From assembly GCA_963665325.3 (NCBI GenBank), contig OZ224045.1, positions 2,240,001 through 2,304,000 on the forward strand: 64,000 nucleotides of DNA. Direction: 5' to 3'. This DNA comes from Alphaproteobacteria bacterium. Lineage in GTDB: Bacteria > Pseudomonadota > Alphaproteobacteria > Bin95. Made by a program: the position numbers and the translations under genes. Positions 21,242-32,606 of the stretch are shown here, in pieces. Below the pieces are notes generated by a model. The model did not search any database, was not told where the DNA came from, and saw only the letters and a program-made list of their open reading frames with translations. Every line of letters starts with the position of its first letter. The stretch's first letter is position 1.

Positions 21242-22558
21242 TCAGCCGTAGAACAGCCGTGGCAGGGCGAGCGAAAGCGCGGGAAATGCGACCAGGAGCG
21301 CAAGGCGCCCGATATCGGCGCACCAGAATGGCGTCACGCCCTTGAATACCGTGCTGGTCTTGACGTCCTTGAGCACGCCCGAGAGCACGAAGACGTTGAG
21401 GCCGACCGGTGGCGTTATCAGGCTGATTTCGGTAACCACGACCGCAATGATGCCGAACCAGACGAGAATTGCCTCCGGTCCCAGCCCCGCATAGCCGAGC
21501 CCCTGCACAACCGGAAAAAAGATCGGGATCGTCAGCAGCAGCATCGACAGGCTCTCGAAAACGCAGCCGAGCACGAGATAGATCGCGAGGATGATTGCGA
21601 TCACCGCCAATGGCGGCAGGTCGTACCCCGTAACCAGCGAGAGCAGCCCGGCCGGCAGCCCGCCCCGGTTGACGAAGTTCGAGAAGATCAGCGCGCCGAT
21701 CAGCACGGTGAACAGCATCGCCGTCGTGCGCGCGCTGTCGGTCAGCACTTCGAGCAGCGACCGCCAGCTGAGCGTGCCCCGGGCGAGCGCGATCAGGAAT
21801 GCGCCGCCGGCCCCGATGCCGGCGGCCTCCGTCGGGGTGAACAGTCCGCCGTAAATGCCGCCCATCACCAGTACGAACAGCAGCAGTGTGCCCCAGACGC
21901 CGCCGAGCGCCGCCAGGCGCCCCCGCCACGGGGTGCGCTCCGCTCTTGGCCCCTCGTCGGGGCGCCGCCAGACGACCCATTGCACGGCGCCGAGGTAGAA
22001 CAGCATCCCCACGAGGCCGGGAATAAATCCGGCGGCGAACAGTTCGCGGATGCTGGTCTCCGTCATCAACCCGTAGATCACCAGAATGATGCTGGGCGGG
22101 ATCAGGATGCCGAGCGTGCCCCCGGCAGCGATCGAGGCTGAGGCCAGGCTGTCCGAATATCCGTAGCGGCGCATCGGCGGCATGGCCACCTTGGACATCG
22201 TCGCTGCCGTCGCAAGGCTCGAGCCGCAGATCGCCGAGAAGCCGCCGCAGGCGACGATTGTCGCCATCGACAGCCCGCCCCGCCGGTCACCGAGAAAGGC
22301 GTGGGAGGCGGCGTAGAGCTCGCCGGAGAGCCCTGCCCGCGAGACGAGATTGCCCATCAGGATGAACAGCGGCACCACCGACAGGCCGTAGGAAAGCGCC
22401 GTTTCGGAAACCAGCGTGCCAACCATCGAGAGCGACGGTTTCCATCCCGTCAGGAAACCGAAGCCGGCAAAGCCCACGAGGCCCATCGCGAATGCGATCG
22501 GCATTCTGAGGAACACCAGAACGAGAAGCGCTGCAAAACCGATGAAGACGACGTCCAT
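21242..22558 (-). CDS. dctM: TRAP transporter large permease
   Basis: VVPLFILMG, GSSLATAA, GGTLGILIPPS, ITPPVGLNVF. Confidence 0.92.
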   Translation of the reverse strand: MDVVFIGFAALLVLVFLRMPIAFAMGLVGFAGFGFLTGWKPSLSMVGTLVSETALSYGLSVVPLFILMGNLVSRAGLSGELYAASHAFLGDRRGGLSMATIVACGGFSAICGSSLATAATMSKVAMPPMRRYGYSDSLASASIAAGGTLGILIPPSIILVIYGLMTETSIRELFAAGFIPGLVGMLFYLGAVQWVVWRRPDEGPRAERTPWRGRLAALGGVWGTLLLFVLVMGGIYGGLFTPTEAAGIGAGGAFLIALARGTLSWRSLLEVLTDSARTTAMLFTVLIGALIFSNFVNRGGLPAGLLSLVTGYDLPPLAVIAIILAIYLVLGCVFESLSMLLLTIPIFFPVVQGLGYAGLGPEAILVWFGIIAVVVTEISLITPPVGLNVFVLSGVLKDVKTSTVFKGVTPFWCADIGRLALLVAFPALSLALPRLFYG

Positions 22559-22579
22559 GATCCCCGAACCGTTATCCGG

Positions 22580-23140
22580 TCACGCGGTTCCGCGGTCGTC
22601 CGGCGCATCCTTCGCGGCGCCGGCCGTCGAAAGCGCCGTCCGCGCGTGGCGGACGGTGTTGACGACAAGCGCCGCCGCGCCGCAGCCGCTGAGCACGGCG
22701 ATGAAATAGTTGATCGGCGCCAGCCTGATTTCGAGGAACTCGGTCGCGTCGCCGTAGTCGGCAGTCAGGTCGGCGATGATCCAGACCCGCCAGGCCACGA
22801 AGCCGAGCGCGACCGCCATGACCGCGTTCAGCACCGCCTGGCGCAGCGGGACCAGCCGTTCGGGGAACCAGAGATCGAGCAGGTCGACGGAGACATGCTC
22901 CTCGCGAAGGCACACCGAGGGAAGGATTGCGAACACGATGACACCGAGCATGAGCTGCGTCAGCTCGGTCGCGCCGTCGAGAGGGGTCCCGAAGAGTTCG
23001 CGCCCGATGACGTCGATGCAGGTCATCGCCATCAACGCGAACAGCACGAGCGCGGACACCCCTTCCGGAAAGGCGATCAGCCGATTACGGCTGCGCCGTT
23101 CCGAAGGGGGCGTTTCGTCAGGTCGATCCGTTTCGCTCAC
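22580..23140 (-). CDS. dctQ: TRAP transporter small permease
   Basis: DVIGRELFGTPL.GATE, EHVSVDLL, 4 TM helices. Confidence 0.88.
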   Translation of the reverse strand: MSETDRPDETPPSERRSRNRLIAFPEGVSALVLFALMAMTCIDVIGRELFGTPLDGATELTQLMLGVIVFAILPSVCLREEHVSVDLLDLWFPERLVPLRQAVLNAVMAVALGFVAWRVWIIADLTADYGDATEFLEIRLAPINYFIAVLSGCGAAALVVNTVRHARTALSTAGAAKDAPDDRGTA

Positions 23141-24156
23141 CGCGCCTTGTCATATTCGCGGGCGATCCGGCGGAGGTCCGCGAGCGCTGCCCCTGCGTCG
23201 TAGCCGCCCTCGCTTGCCCGCTCGATCCAGGCGTCTTCCACCGGCTTCATGAGGGCGAGATATTCCTCCTTCATGGCCGCGCTCGCTTCCTGGATCGTGG
23301 TTCCCGCCTCCCTCGCCGCCGCCAGGCCCGCCTCGTCGGCGGCATCCCACTGGGTGCCGGCGAACTGCGACAGCTTGAGGCCCGAAACGCTCATCACCGC
23401 CTTCCGATCGGCCTCCGACATCCCTTCCAGCGCGGCAGGGCTCATGATGAGCGCGAAGCTGCCGTAATAGAGCCCGCCCGGCATTATGGTCACATGCGGG
23501 ACGACCTCTTTCAGGCGGAAGGATTTCTGGGTCTCTATCGGCATGAAGATGCCGTCTGCGACGCCGGATGACAGAGCCTCGTAAACTTTGGGCGCGGGCA
23601 GCTTGACCGCCGTAACGCCGAGAGCCTTGCCGGCCAGGCTGCCGACGCCGCCGGGGACCCGGATCTTCAAGCCGTCGAGGTCCGAAAGCGCCGTCAGCGG
23701 CTTCTTCGTCTGGATGACCGCCGGACCGTGCGACATCAGCCCGATCAGCACGGTGCCGCGGTGTTCGTTCGCCTTGTGGAGGTACTTCTCATGCACCTTC
23801 CAGTAGGCGACGCTGGCGGCTTCGGCGCTGGTGCCGAGGTCCGGCATCTCGACGACCTTCGAGGCCACGTAGCGCGTATTGTAGCCGTGGAAGATCCAGG
23901 CGGCGTCCGCAATGCCGTCGCGCACCAGCGCGAACTGGTTGAGCGGCGACGCCAGCTTGTATTCGATCTTGGTTGTCACCCGGCCTTCCGTCGCCTCGCT
24001 GACCCATTTCCCCCATGTCGGCCACACGACCGAGTTCATGGGGTGGGTCGGCGGGGCCCAGCTGGAAATCTTGAGGACCGTCTCGGCCCCCGACGGCGCC
24101 GCTGCCAGCGCCCCCGCGAGGCAGGCGGTGAGCAAGGTCGCGATACGTTTCAGCAT
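23137..24156 (-). CDS. dctP: TRAP transporter solute-binding protein
   Basis: Signal peptide; [33 protein letters not shown]. Confidence 0.9.
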   Translation of the reverse strand: MLKRIATLLTACLAGALAAAPSGAETVLKISSWAPPTHPMNSVVWPTWGKWVSEATEGRVTTKIEYKLASPLNQFALVRDGIADAAWIFHGYNTRYVASKVVEMPDLGTSAEAASVAYWKVHEKYLHKANEHRGTVLIGLMSHGPAVIQTKKPLTALSDLDGLKIRVPGGVGSLAGKALGVTAVKLPAPKVYEALSSGVADGIFMPIETQKSFRLKEVVPHVTIMPGGLYYGSFALIMSPAALEGMSEADRKAVMSVSGLKLSQFAGTQWDAADEAGLAAAREAGTTIQEASAAMKEEYLALMKPVEDAWIERASEGGYDAGAALADLRRIAREYDKAR

Positions 24157-24282
24157 GGTGGCCTCCCTTTTCGTCGACCGCGAGCGTGTTGGACGAGGGC
24201 GCGCGCGGAATTCGACCGGCCAAATCTTATCCCGGATTTCCCGCCAAGGTCACTGCTTGCGTCGCATCCGGGCTGGCCGTTC

Positions 24283-25113
24283 TCAGTCCCAGGCGGCGAG
24301 CGGCGGCAGGGACATCAGGATGGCGTCGATATTGCCGCCGGTCATCAGGCCGAAGCGGGTGCCCCGGTCGTGGAGAAGGTTGAACTCCACATAGCGCCCG
24401 CGCCGGCGGAGCTGGTGCTGTCGGTCCTCCTCAGTCCAGGGGTCGCCCATCCGCATACGCACGATCTCCGGATAGACCTCCAGCACCGCGCGCCCGACAT
24501 CCTGCACGAAGGCGAAGTCCGCCTCCCGGTCGCCGCTGTCCAGATTGTCGAAGAAAATGCCGCCGAGCCCGCGCGGCTCGTTCCGGTGGGGCAGGTGGAA
24601 ATACTCGTCGCACCATGCCTTGAAGCGCGGGTAGTAGGAGGCGTCGTGGCGGTTGCAGGCGTCTTCGAGGGCCCTGTGGAAGGCCTGCCCCTCGGCCGCG
24701 GCGCGTTCGGGGAACATGGGCGTGAGGTCCGCCCCGCCGCCGAACCAGGCTACGGTCGTCTCGATATGGCGGGTGTTCATGTGCATCGCCGGCACGAAGG
24801 GCGATGCCATGTGCGCAACCAGCGAGATGCCGGAGGCCCAGAAGCGCGGGTCCTCCGCGGCGCCGGGCACCCGGTCCCGGAACTCTTCGGAGAAGGCGCC
24901 GTGCACGGTCGAGACATTGACGCCGACCTTCTCGAACACGTCGCCCTTCATGACGGACATGACGCCGCCGCCGCCGCCCGGCCGCTCCCAGGCCCGGCGC
25001 TCGAAACGCGCGCCGGCAGGCTCCAGCGCCTCGAAGGCGGCGCAGAGCGAATCGCGCAACTCCTCGAACCAGACGCGCGAGCGCGACCGGCGTGCCCCGG
25101 CTGCATCCGTCAC
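24283..25113 (-). CDS. hemF: Oxygen-dependent coproporphyrinogen III oxidase
   Basis: [41 protein letters not shown]. Confidence 0.97.
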   Translation of the reverse strand: MTDAAGARRSRSRVWFEELRDSLCAAFEALEPAGARFERRAWERPGGGGGVMSVMKGDVFEKVGVNVSTVHGAFSEEFRDRVPGAAEDPRFWASGISLVAHMASPFVPAMHMNTRHIETTVAWFGGGADLTPMFPERAAAEGQAFHRALEDACNRHDASYYPRFKAWCDEYFHLPHRNEPRGLGGIFFDNLDSGDREADFAFVQDVGRAVLEVYPEIVRMRMGDPWTEEDRQHQLRRRGRYVEFNLLHDRGTRFGLMTGGNIDAILMSLPPLAAWD

Positions 25114-25302
25114 CGCAGGCCTCCCGCCTCGAACAACCTGTCTCCAATCTGCGGCATAACCATCCGGAAAAGAACGATTAAGGTCCGTGGCCGCAATTTA
25201 CGCGGCATCGGGTCGCATAGCGACACGGGGGCCGCAAGACATACTCGAATGGGCTATGCGGCAGGCGCCCGGTGTCCGGAGGCGCGGAGGAGTTTTCCGT
25301 AC

Positions 25303-25848
25303 ATGGCGGCAACGGCGGACGGGGCGGGCGGCGACGGCGTCACGCGCCGCGATTTTCTCGAATATGCAGCGGGTGGCATGGGCGCAGTCGGGGCGGCTGC
25401 AGCCACATGGGCGCTCATCGACAACATGAACCCGGCGGCTGACACGCTCGCGCTCTCGACCACTGAGGTCGATCTGGAGCCGATCGAGCCCGGCCAGTCG
25501 ATCACCGTCGTCTGGCAGAAGAAGCCCGTCTTCGTGCGCCGGCGCACGGAGGCCGAAATCAGGGAAGCCGAAGAAACCCCGTTGGACAGCCTGCCCGATC
25601 CGATGGCCGATACCGAGAGGGTGCAGAAGGCCGAATGGCTGATCCTGGTGGGCATATGCACCCATCTCGGCTGCATCCCGCTGGGCCAGAAGGGCACGGA
25701 CGAGAAGGGCGAATACGGCGGCTGGTTCTGCCCCTGCCACGGTTCGCACTACGACACCTCCGGGCGCATCCGCAAGGGACCGGCGCCCGAGAACCTCGCG
25801 GTTCCGCCATACCGCTTCCTCGACGACACCCGTATCCTGATCGGCTGA
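25303..25848 (+). CDS. petA: Cytochrome bc1 Rieske iron-sulfur subunit
   Basis: Tat TRRDFL; CTHLGC and CPCHGS boxes. Confidence 0.97.
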   Translation: MAATADGAGGDGVTRRDFLEYAAGGMGAVGAAAATWALIDNMNPAADTLALSTTEVDLEPIEPGQSITVVWQKKPVFVRRRTEAEIREAEETPLDSLPDPMADTERVQKAEWLILVGICTHLGCIPLGQKGTDEKGEYGGWFCPCHGSHYDTSGRIRKGPAPENLAVPPYRFLDDTRILIG

Positions 25849-25854
25849 GTAGCG

Positions 25855-27114
25855 ATGGCTGCGCCCAAATTCGACAATCCGATCGTCCGCTGGATCGACT
25901 ACCGGCTGCCGGTCTTCACCTTCATGCATCACGAGATGCATGAGTATCCGACTCCGAAAAACCTCAACTACTGGTGGAATTTCGGCTCGCTCGCCGGCTT
26001 CATGCTGATCGTGCTGATCGTCACCGGCATCGTGCTGGCGATGAACTACACGCCGCATGTGGACCATGCGTTCGACAGCGTGGAGCGGATCCGCCGCGAT
26101 GTGCCCTTCGGGTGGCTGGTGCAGTTCATCCACATGAACGGCGCATCCTTCTTCTTCATCGTCGTCTATATCCATATCTTCCGCGGGATCTATTACGGCT
26201 CCTACAAGTCGCCGCGGGAGATTCTCTGGATCCTCGGCGTCGTCATCATGCTGCTGATGATGGCGACGGCCTTCATGGGCTACGTGCTGCCCTGGGGTCA
26301 GATGAGTTTCTGGGGCGCCACGGTCATCACCAACCTGTTCTCGGCGATCCCGCTGGTCGGCGAGCATATCGTGAGCTGGCTCTGGGGCGGCTTCGCGGTC
26401 GATAACCCGACGCTCAACCGGTTCTACTCGCTGCACTACCTGTTGCCCTTCGTGATCGTCGGCGTCGTGGTGCTGCATGTGGTGGCGCTGCACACCCACG
26501 GCTCCAACAACCCGCTCGGCATCGAGCTTCGCGGCAAGCAGGACAGCATCCCGTTCCATCCCTACTACACGGTCAAGGACTTCTTCGGCCTCGGGCTGTT
26601 CCTGACGATCTTCTGCCTGTTCGTGTTCTTCGCGCCCGACTATCTGGGCCATCCCGACAACTATGTGCCGGCGAACCCCCTGGTCACGCCGCCGCATATC
26701 GTGCCGGAATGGTATTTCCTGCCCTTCTACGCGATCTTGCGCGCCATTCCCGACAAGCTGCTCGGCGTCGTCGCCATGTTCGCCGCGATCGCGGTGCTGT
26801 TCATCCTGCCCTGGCTCGACCGCTCGCCAGTGCGCAGCGCCCGCTTCCGCCCGATCTACAAGCAGGTGTTCTGGCTGCTGGTGATTGACTGCCTGGTGCT
26901 TGGATATATCGGCGCCAAGCCGGCGGAAGGCTGGTACATCCATATCGGGCGCCTCGCCACGGTCTACTATTTCGCGCACTTCCTGGTCATCCTGCCCCTG
27001 CTCTCGGTGTTCGAGCGGCCGCGGCCGCTGCCGCTCAGTATCGGCGAGCCGGTGCTCGGCGGAGGTTCATCGCCGCCGGGCGGCGGCAGCGCCGACACGA
27101 TGGAGAGAGCGTGA
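25855..27114 (+). CDS. petB: Cytochrome b
   Basis: [30 protein letters not shown]. Confidence 0.98.
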   Translation: MAAPKFDNPIVRWIDYRLPVFTFMHHEMHEYPTPKNLNYWWNFGSLAGFMLIVLIVTGIVLAMNYTPHVDHAFDSVERIRRDVPFGWLVQFIHMNGASFFFIVVYIHIFRGIYYGSYKSPREILWILGVVIMLLMMATAFMGYVLPWGQMSFWGATVITNLFSAIPLVGEHIVSWLWGGFAVDNPTLNRFYSLHYLLPFVIVGVVVLHVVALHTHGSNNPLGIELRGKQDSIPFHPYYTVKDFFGLGLFLTIFCLFVFFAPDYLGHPDNYVPANPLVTPPHIVPEWYFLPFYAILRAIPDKLLGVVAMFAAIAVLFILPWLDRSPVRSARFRPIYKQVFWLLVIDCLVLGYIGAKPAEGWYIHIGRLATVYYFAHFLVILPLLSVFERPRPLPLSIGEPVLGGGSSPPGGGSADTMERA

Positions 27115-27884
27115 TGCGAAACAGGCTGATCGGCGCCGCGCTCGCCGCCGTTCTGGGACTCGCCGTCTTGCCCGGCGCCGCCTCGGCAGCCGGGGATGGC
27201 CCGCAGCCGCCGGAGCGGGAGTGGAGCTTCAACGGCATATTCGGCACGTTCGACCGCGCCGCCCTCCAGCGCGGCTACCAGGTCTATCGCGAGGTCTGCG
27301 CCGCCTGCCATTCCATGCGGCTCTTGTATTACCGCAACCTCATGCAGATCGGCCTTTCCGAGGCTGCGGCGAAGGTCGAGGCGGCGAACGCGTTCATCGT
27401 GGACGGGCCGGACTCGGAAGGCGAGATGTTCGAGCGCCCCGGCAAGCTCTCGGACCGGTTCGTCTCGCCCTTCCCGAACGACAATGCCGCCAAGGCCGCG
27501 AACGGCGGCGCATTGCCGCCGGACCTCAGCCTGATGGCCAAGAACCAGGCGGGTGGGCCGGACTATATCGCCGCCGTGCTGACGGGCTATGCGGACCCGC
27601 CGGAAGGCATGGAGATGAGCGATACCCAGAGCTACAACATGTATTACTCCGGCCACCGGATTGCCATGCCGCCGCCGCTCAGCGACGATCTGGTCGAATA
27701 TGCCGACGGCACGCCGGCCACGGTCGACCAGATGGCCGTGGACGTCTCGCATTTCCTCATGTTCGCGGCCGAACCGCAGCTTGAGGACCGGCATCGGCTG
27801 GGCGTCAAGGTCATCATCTTCCTGCTGGTGTTGACCGGCATACTCTACGCCCTGAAGCGGAAGGTCTGGAGCGCCGTGCATTGA
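27114..27884 (+). CDS. petC: Cytochrome c1
   Basis: RGYQVY..VCAACH heme motif, PPDLS, IAMPPP, C-terminal TM. Confidence 0.97.
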   Translation: MRNRLIGAALAAVLGLAVLPGAASAAGDGPQPPEREWSFNGIFGTFDRAALQRGYQVYREVCAACHSMRLLYYRNLMQIGLSEAAAKVEAANAFIVDGPDSEGEMFERPGKLSDRFVSPFPNDNAAKAANGGALPPDLSLMAKNQAGGPDYIAAVLTGYADPPEGMEMSDTQSYNMYYSGHRIAMPPPLSDDLVEYADGTPATVDQMAVDVSHFLMFAAEPQLEDRHRLGVKVIIFLLVLTGILYALKRKVWSAVH

Positions 27885-28765
27885 CGGCGCGCCCGGTCAT
27901 CGGGATCGTCGGAGGCAGCGGCCTCTACGATATCGACGGGCTGGACGACAGGCGCTGGATCGCGGTCGAGACCCCCTGGGGCCGTCCCTCCGATGAAATC
28001 CTCCACGCCCGGCTGGGAGACGCCGAACTGCGCTTCCTACCGCGCCACGGGCGGGGGCACCCGATCAGCCCCACCGACCTGGACAACCGCGCCAATATCG
28101 ATGCGCTCAAACGCTCCGGCGTAACGGAGATCGTGTCGCTCTCGGCGGTCGGCTCGCTCATGGAGGAGCATGCGCCGGGCGACTTCGTGCTGGTGGACCA
28201 GTTCATCGACCGCACCTTTGCGCGCGCCAAGAGCTTCTTCGGCGCGGGCTGCACGGCGCACGTGTCGATGGCGGACCCGGTATGCGCGCGCCTGGGTGAC
28301 GCCCTGGAGGAGGCCGCGGCCACGGCCGGAGTGTCGCTGCATCGCGGCGGCACATATCTCGCGATGGAAGGCCCGCAATTCTCGACCCGCGCCGAAAGCG
28401 CCCTCTACCGGAGCTGGGGCTGCGCCGTCATCGGCATGACCGCCATGCCCGAAGCCAAGCTCGCGCGCGAGGCCGAGCTCTGCTACGCGACCGTCGCCAT
28501 GGTCACCGACTACGATTGCTGGCACGAGGAGCATGAGGACGTGTCCGTGGAGGCGGTGATCCGCGTGCTGCTGGACAATGCGGAGCGGGGCAGGGGGCTG
28601 GTTCGCCATGTCGCGCCGGCGCTGGCGGAGCGCCGCGAGACCTGTTCCGCCGGCTGCCACACGGCGCTGGACTACGCGCTGATAACTGCGCCGGAAAAGC
28701 GCGATCCGGCGCTGCTGGCCAAGCTGGACGCCGTTGCGGGGAGGGTGCTAAACGGCGGCCCATGA
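27881..28765 (+). CDS. mtaP: S-methyl-5'-thioadenosine phosphorylase
   Basis: IGIVGGSGLY, TPWG, RHGRGH, MEGPQFSTRAES, VTDYDCW. Confidence 0.95.
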   Translation: MTARPVIGIVGGSGLYDIDGLDDRRWIAVETPWGRPSDEILHARLGDAELRFLPRHGRGHPISPTDLDNRANIDALKRSGVTEIVSLSAVGSLMEEHAPGDFVLVDQFIDRTFARAKSFFGAGCTAHVSMADPVCARLGDALEEAAATAGVSLHRGGTYLAMEGPQFSTRAESALYRSWGCAVIGMTAMPEAKLAREAELCYATVAMVTDYDCWHEEHEDVSVEAVIRVLLDNAERGRGLVRHVAPALAERRETCSAGCHTALDYALITAPEKRDPALLAKLDAVAGRVLNGGP

Positions 28766-29856
28766 AGGTCGACGGCACCGCCTATCGCAGCATCTGGCCG
28801 GAAGCGGACGGCCGCGCCGTGCGCATCATCGACCAGACGCGGCTGCCGCACCGCTTCGAGACCGTGAGGCTGGAGTCGCTGGAGGACGCCGCCCATGCGA
28901 TCCGCGCGATGCTGGTGCGCGGCGCCCCGCTGATCGGCGCAACCGGCGCCTACGGCCTTGCCCTGGCGCTCGCGCGCGACGCCTCCGATACCGCGCTGGA
29001 AGACGCCCGGCGCACCCTGCTCGCCACCCGCCCGACCGGGGCGAACCTCGCCTGGGCGCTGGAGGATGTGGCCGCGAGGGTCCGCCCGCTGCCGCCGGGG
29101 GAGCGCGCCGCTGCGGCTTTCGGGCGCGCCGGCGAAATCTGCGACGAGGACGTGGCGATCAACTACGCCATCGGCGAACACGGGCTCGGCCTCATCCGGG
29201 CGGTCGCCGGGGAAAAGGGTGGCCGGATCGATGTCCTGACCCATTGCAATGCCGGCTGGCTGGCGACGGTGGACTGGGGCACGGCGCTTGCGCCGATCTA
29301 CATGGCCCACGATGCCGGCATCGACGTGCATGTCTGGGTGGACGAGACCCGTCCCCGCAACCAGGGCGCGCATCTGACGGCCTGGGAGCTCGGCAGGCAC
29401 GGCGTGCCGCACACGGTGATCGTGGACAATGCCGCCGGCCATGCCATGCAGCGCGGGCTGGTCGATCTCTGCATTGTCGGCACCGACCGCACGACCGCGA
29501 CCGGCGACGTGTGCAACAAGATCGGCACCTACACCAAGGCGCTCGCCGCCTTCGACAATGGCGTTCCCTTCCATGTTGCCCTGCCGAGCCCGACCATCGA
29601 CTGGACGGTCTCGGACGGCCTCGCCTCGATCCCGATAGAAGAGCGCGACGCCTCCGAGGTGCGGCAGGTCTGGGGGCAGACGGCAGGGGGCGATGTTGCG
29701 TCTGTCGCCGTGACGCCGCCCGGCTCGCCCGCCGCCAACTACGCCTTCGACGTCACCCCGGCGCGGCTCGTGACCGGCTTCATCACCGAACGCGGCCTCG
29801 CCGCCCCTGACGGCCTGGGGCGCCTCTTCCCGGAATATCCCGCCGCCGCCGAATAG
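28762..29856 (+). CDS. mtnA: Methylthioribose-1-phosphate isomerase
   Basis: IDQT.LP, VRGAPLIG, THCNAGWLA, DETRP, NKIGT, FDVTP. Confidence 0.95.
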   Translation: MKVDGTAYRSIWPEADGRAVRIIDQTRLPHRFETVRLESLEDAAHAIRAMLVRGAPLIGATGAYGLALALARDASDTALEDARRTLLATRPTGANLAWALEDVAARVRPLPPGERAAAAFGRAGEICDEDVAINYAIGEHGLGLIRAVAGEKGGRIDVLTHCNAGWLATVDWGTALAPIYMAHDAGIDVHVWVDETRPRNQGAHLTAWELGRHGVPHTVIVDNAAGHAMQRGLVDLCIVGTDRTTATGDVCNKIGTYTKALAAFDNGVPFHVALPSPTIDWTVSDGLASIPIEERDASEVRQVWGQTAGGDVASVAVTPPGSPAANYAFDVTPARLVTGFITERGLAAPDGLGRLFPEYPAAAE

Positions 29857-29872
29857 AAACGGATCGACCTCC

Positions 29873-30952
29873 ATGCCCACCGTTCGCCATGAGAACCTGC
29901 GCGCCGTCGTGCGCGCCGTCTGCGCCGCCGCCGGAAGCATCGGGGACGAGCCGGCCGATGTCGCCGACAACCTCGTCTATGCAAACCTCACCGGCCATGA
30001 CAGCCATGGCGTCGGCATGTTGCCGCGTTACATCAAGGCGCTGCAGGAGGGCGAGCTCCGGGCGAATGCGAAGATTGACCTGCTGGTGGACATGGGCGCC
30101 ATGCTGGTGGTGGACGGCAAGGCGGGCTACGGCCAGTCGGTCGGCAGGCAGGCGATGGAGGTCGCCATCGAGCGCGCGAAGGAGCATGGCGTGTGCGTCA
30201 TGGCCGTGCGCCGGTCCTTCCATCTCTGCCGCATCGGCGCCTGGGGCGAGCAGTGCGCGCAGGCCGGCCTCGTCTCGATCCACTATGTCAATGTCGTCGG
30301 CCATCCCGGCCTCGTGGCGCCCTGGCGGGGCTCCGACGCGCGCTACGCCACCAACCCCTATTGCATCACCATGCCGGCGACCGACACGAACCCGGTGACG
30401 CAGCTCGACATGGCGACCAGCATCGTCGCGCACGGCAAGGTCCGGGTCGCGAAGAACAAGGGCGAACGGATGGCGCCGGGCGTGCTGATCGACAGCGAGG
30501 GCCGCCCGACCACCGATCCGGACGTCATGTTCCGGCATCCGATGGGCGCGATCATGCCGTTCGCCGAGCACAAGGGCTACGGCATGGCGCTGCTGAGCGA
30601 GATGATGGCGGGCGTGCTCTCCGGCGGCCACACCCGCCGGCCGGAGACGGACCATGAGCAGGACACGATCCTGAACAACATGCTCTCCATCGTGTTCGAC
30701 CCGGCGCGGCTGGTGGACCCGGGCTTCTACAATGCCGAGATGGACGCCACCATCGCGCACGTAAAAGCCTCGCCCCCCGCCGACCCCGCACTTCCCGTAC
30801 TCGTCCCCGGCGACCCCGAACGCGCCACCCACGCCGAGCGCAGCAGGGACGGCATTCCCGTGGACGAGGAGACCTGGCGGGAGCTTGAGGCGGCGGCGGT
30901 CTCGGTGGGGATCGACGCCGCCGACTTCCGGCGCATGGCGGGGGTGAATTGA
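29873..30952 (+). CDS. Malate/lactate/ureidoglycolate dehydrogenase (Ldh_2 family)
   Basis: GHDSHGV, H..RIG, ATNP, LDMATS, HKGYG, VLVPGDPE. Confidence 0.9.
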   Translation: MPTVRHENLRAVVRAVCAAAGSIGDEPADVADNLVYANLTGHDSHGVGMLPRYIKALQEGELRANAKIDLLVDMGAMLVVDGKAGYGQSVGRQAMEVAIERAKEHGVCVMAVRRSFHLCRIGAWGEQCAQAGLVSIHYVNVVGHPGLVAPWRGSDARYATNPYCITMPATDTNPVTQLDMATSIVAHGKVRVAKNKGERMAPGVLIDSEGRPTTDPDVMFRHPMGAIMPFAEHKGYGMALLSEMMAGVLSGGHTRRPETDHEQDTILNNMLSIVFDPARLVDPGFYNAEMDATIAHVKASPPADPALPVLVPGDPERATHAERSRDGIPVDEETWRELEAAAVSVGIDAADFRRMAGVN

Positions 30953-31083
30953 GGGGTGGGAGCCGGCGATCGCGTTACGCTGACTGCGCGAGCATTCCAG
31001 ATGCCATTCGAAGGCCTTCCGGTCACATACGCTGCGAGTTTCCTGCCATTGAGTTCGATCCGTGAAAGCTCTTGGCCGGCCGT

Positions 31084-31839
31084 TTAGGGTATGTCGTCTC
31101 CTGCATCGGCAAGAATTGCATCGACCCGGAATCCCTGGTTGCGGTACCAACGACGGGGATCGTCGGGATCGGGCACTCGTTGATTATGCAGTGCCACAAC
31201 GTTAAACCAGTCGTCAAATACCGGGGAGCCTGAGGTCCCGTAGTCGGTATCTGTGAGGTACTGAATAAATGGCTGATGGTCAGGCGCAGCCATTACTTTA
31301 TTGTCGCGAAATGCGATTTCTTTGAAACGTCCCTGAGGATGCTGAATAATATTCACGCGCTGTCCTACGACCACCGACGCGCCGTGACGCAGATTCAGGA
31401 AACCCCATGATTCCCCCGCATTCTTGCCTTCTTTTTGTCGAACGCGTACAATGCTGTAATCTAGGCTCGGATTGGTCTTGAACAAATTGTCAGGATCGCA
31501 CTGCCAATTGTCGACCGTCGCAAGAGTCCCGCCCGCCTCCAGCTGATAATTGAATTGAAGCGTGGCTCTTCTGGCGTCTTCTGTATTCTCGAATACATGA
31601 TGATTGGTCATGAAGACGCTTTCGCCTATCAGGAAACCTGTCGCCGAGCCATTGTCAAACTTTACGCGAGCTACGCTTGCTGAGGCTTCGATTGCCTTGC
31701 GCAACCACCATATCGCCTTGAAATTCGGGTCATCAATAATGGCTTCCAGCCGATGGCCGGCGCTCCGGTCGGAAGTTGGTTTGGCCTCCCACCGAAAACC
31801 ACCGGGCGGCCCGTTATTGATTAGCCAATGGGTCTTCAT
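31084..31839 (-). CDS. Trypsin-like serine protease
   Basis: Catalytic triad TNHHV / LDYSIV / GTSGSPV; IIQHPQG; visibly lower GC than flanks. Confidence 0.85.
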   Translation of the reverse strand: MKTHWLINNGPPGGFRWEAKPTSDRSAGHRLEAIIDDPNFKAIWWLRKAIEASASVARVKFDNGSATGFLIGESVFMTNHHVFENTEDARRATLQFNYQLEAGGTLATVDNWQCDPDNLFKTNPSLDYSIVRVRQKEGKNAGESWGFLNLRHGASVVVGQRVNIIQHPQGRFKEIAFRDNKVMAAPDHQPFIQYLTDTDYGTSGSPVFDDWFNVVALHNQRVPDPDDPRRWYRNQGFRVDAILADAGDDIP

Positions 31840-32256
31840 GGAAATTTCTCCTGTTGGGTAGCATTAGCTAAAACTAGAACATTAATTCTATATGATAGTC
31901 AATAAGAATTTCACATTCGATACAAGAGATAACAATACCCTCTTCCACCATCGCCTCGGCCGCAGTGTGCTCGTTCTTGACCGCGGCGTGCCCGGGGTCG
32001 TCGACTACACTGAAGCGATTGCGACTTCCGGGCGAATGAGGGCCGCCCGCTGCCGACGCAAGGAGGGGCCGAACTGAGTAGCGAAACCGGGTGCGCCCGG
32101 CACGCTCAAGAGGAGAACGGATTGACGATGACCACGCCGCCGATCTGCTGGCCTGCCTGGAGGTCTTCCGTCAACAGAGTTCCGCACCAGGCCTGCAGAG
32201 CCGAGGCGACAATCAGCGGATCGTTCGGGAATAAAGAAAAAATTCTTCATTGAGGC

Positions 32257-32283
32257 TTGACCACAGGGAAATTGTGCTAGAAT
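32257..32283 (+). promoter_or_regulatory. Candidate sigma70 promoter with extended -10
   Basis: TTGACC...TGC-TAGAAT (15-bp spacer, TGn extension), A-rich tract upstream. Confidence 0.4.
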
Positions 32284-32580
32284 GGAGCATAAGGAAGCGG
32301 CGTTCGCGGAGCCGGTTCCTCCTCTTTCGCGCCGGCGCGAAAAAAACCCGAAGAAACGCACGGGAAAGGTGCGCCCTGCGTCTGCCTCGCGCGCGGGCAA
32401 TCAGGCGCGCGAACCGCGCCGGCGCTAACGGGCGCCCAGGCGCACGCGATACGCGCGAAACAGGGTCCGCGCCCCGCAGCGGCGAAGCGGCGGCGCGGAG
32501 GAAACCGACGAACGGAAGGAGGCGCGATGGCCCGCGAGCGATGCCGAACGCAGATGGACGAAGCGAGGGGAAAGCCGCCT

Positions 32581-32606
32581 CATGACGAAACATGACATTT
32601 CATGAC
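32581..32606. repeat. Three CATGAC direct repeats at 10-bp period
   Basis: CATGAC at 32581, 32591 and 32601. Confidence 0.75.

Noticed and set aside
23728-25848. 706-aa Rieske 'fusion'
   Set aside because: The upstream part is the antisense shadow of hemF/dctP; real petA starts at 25303.
31892-32220. Short ORFs upstream of the protease
   Set aside because: No recognisable motif or RBS; possibly a gene remnant but unsupported.
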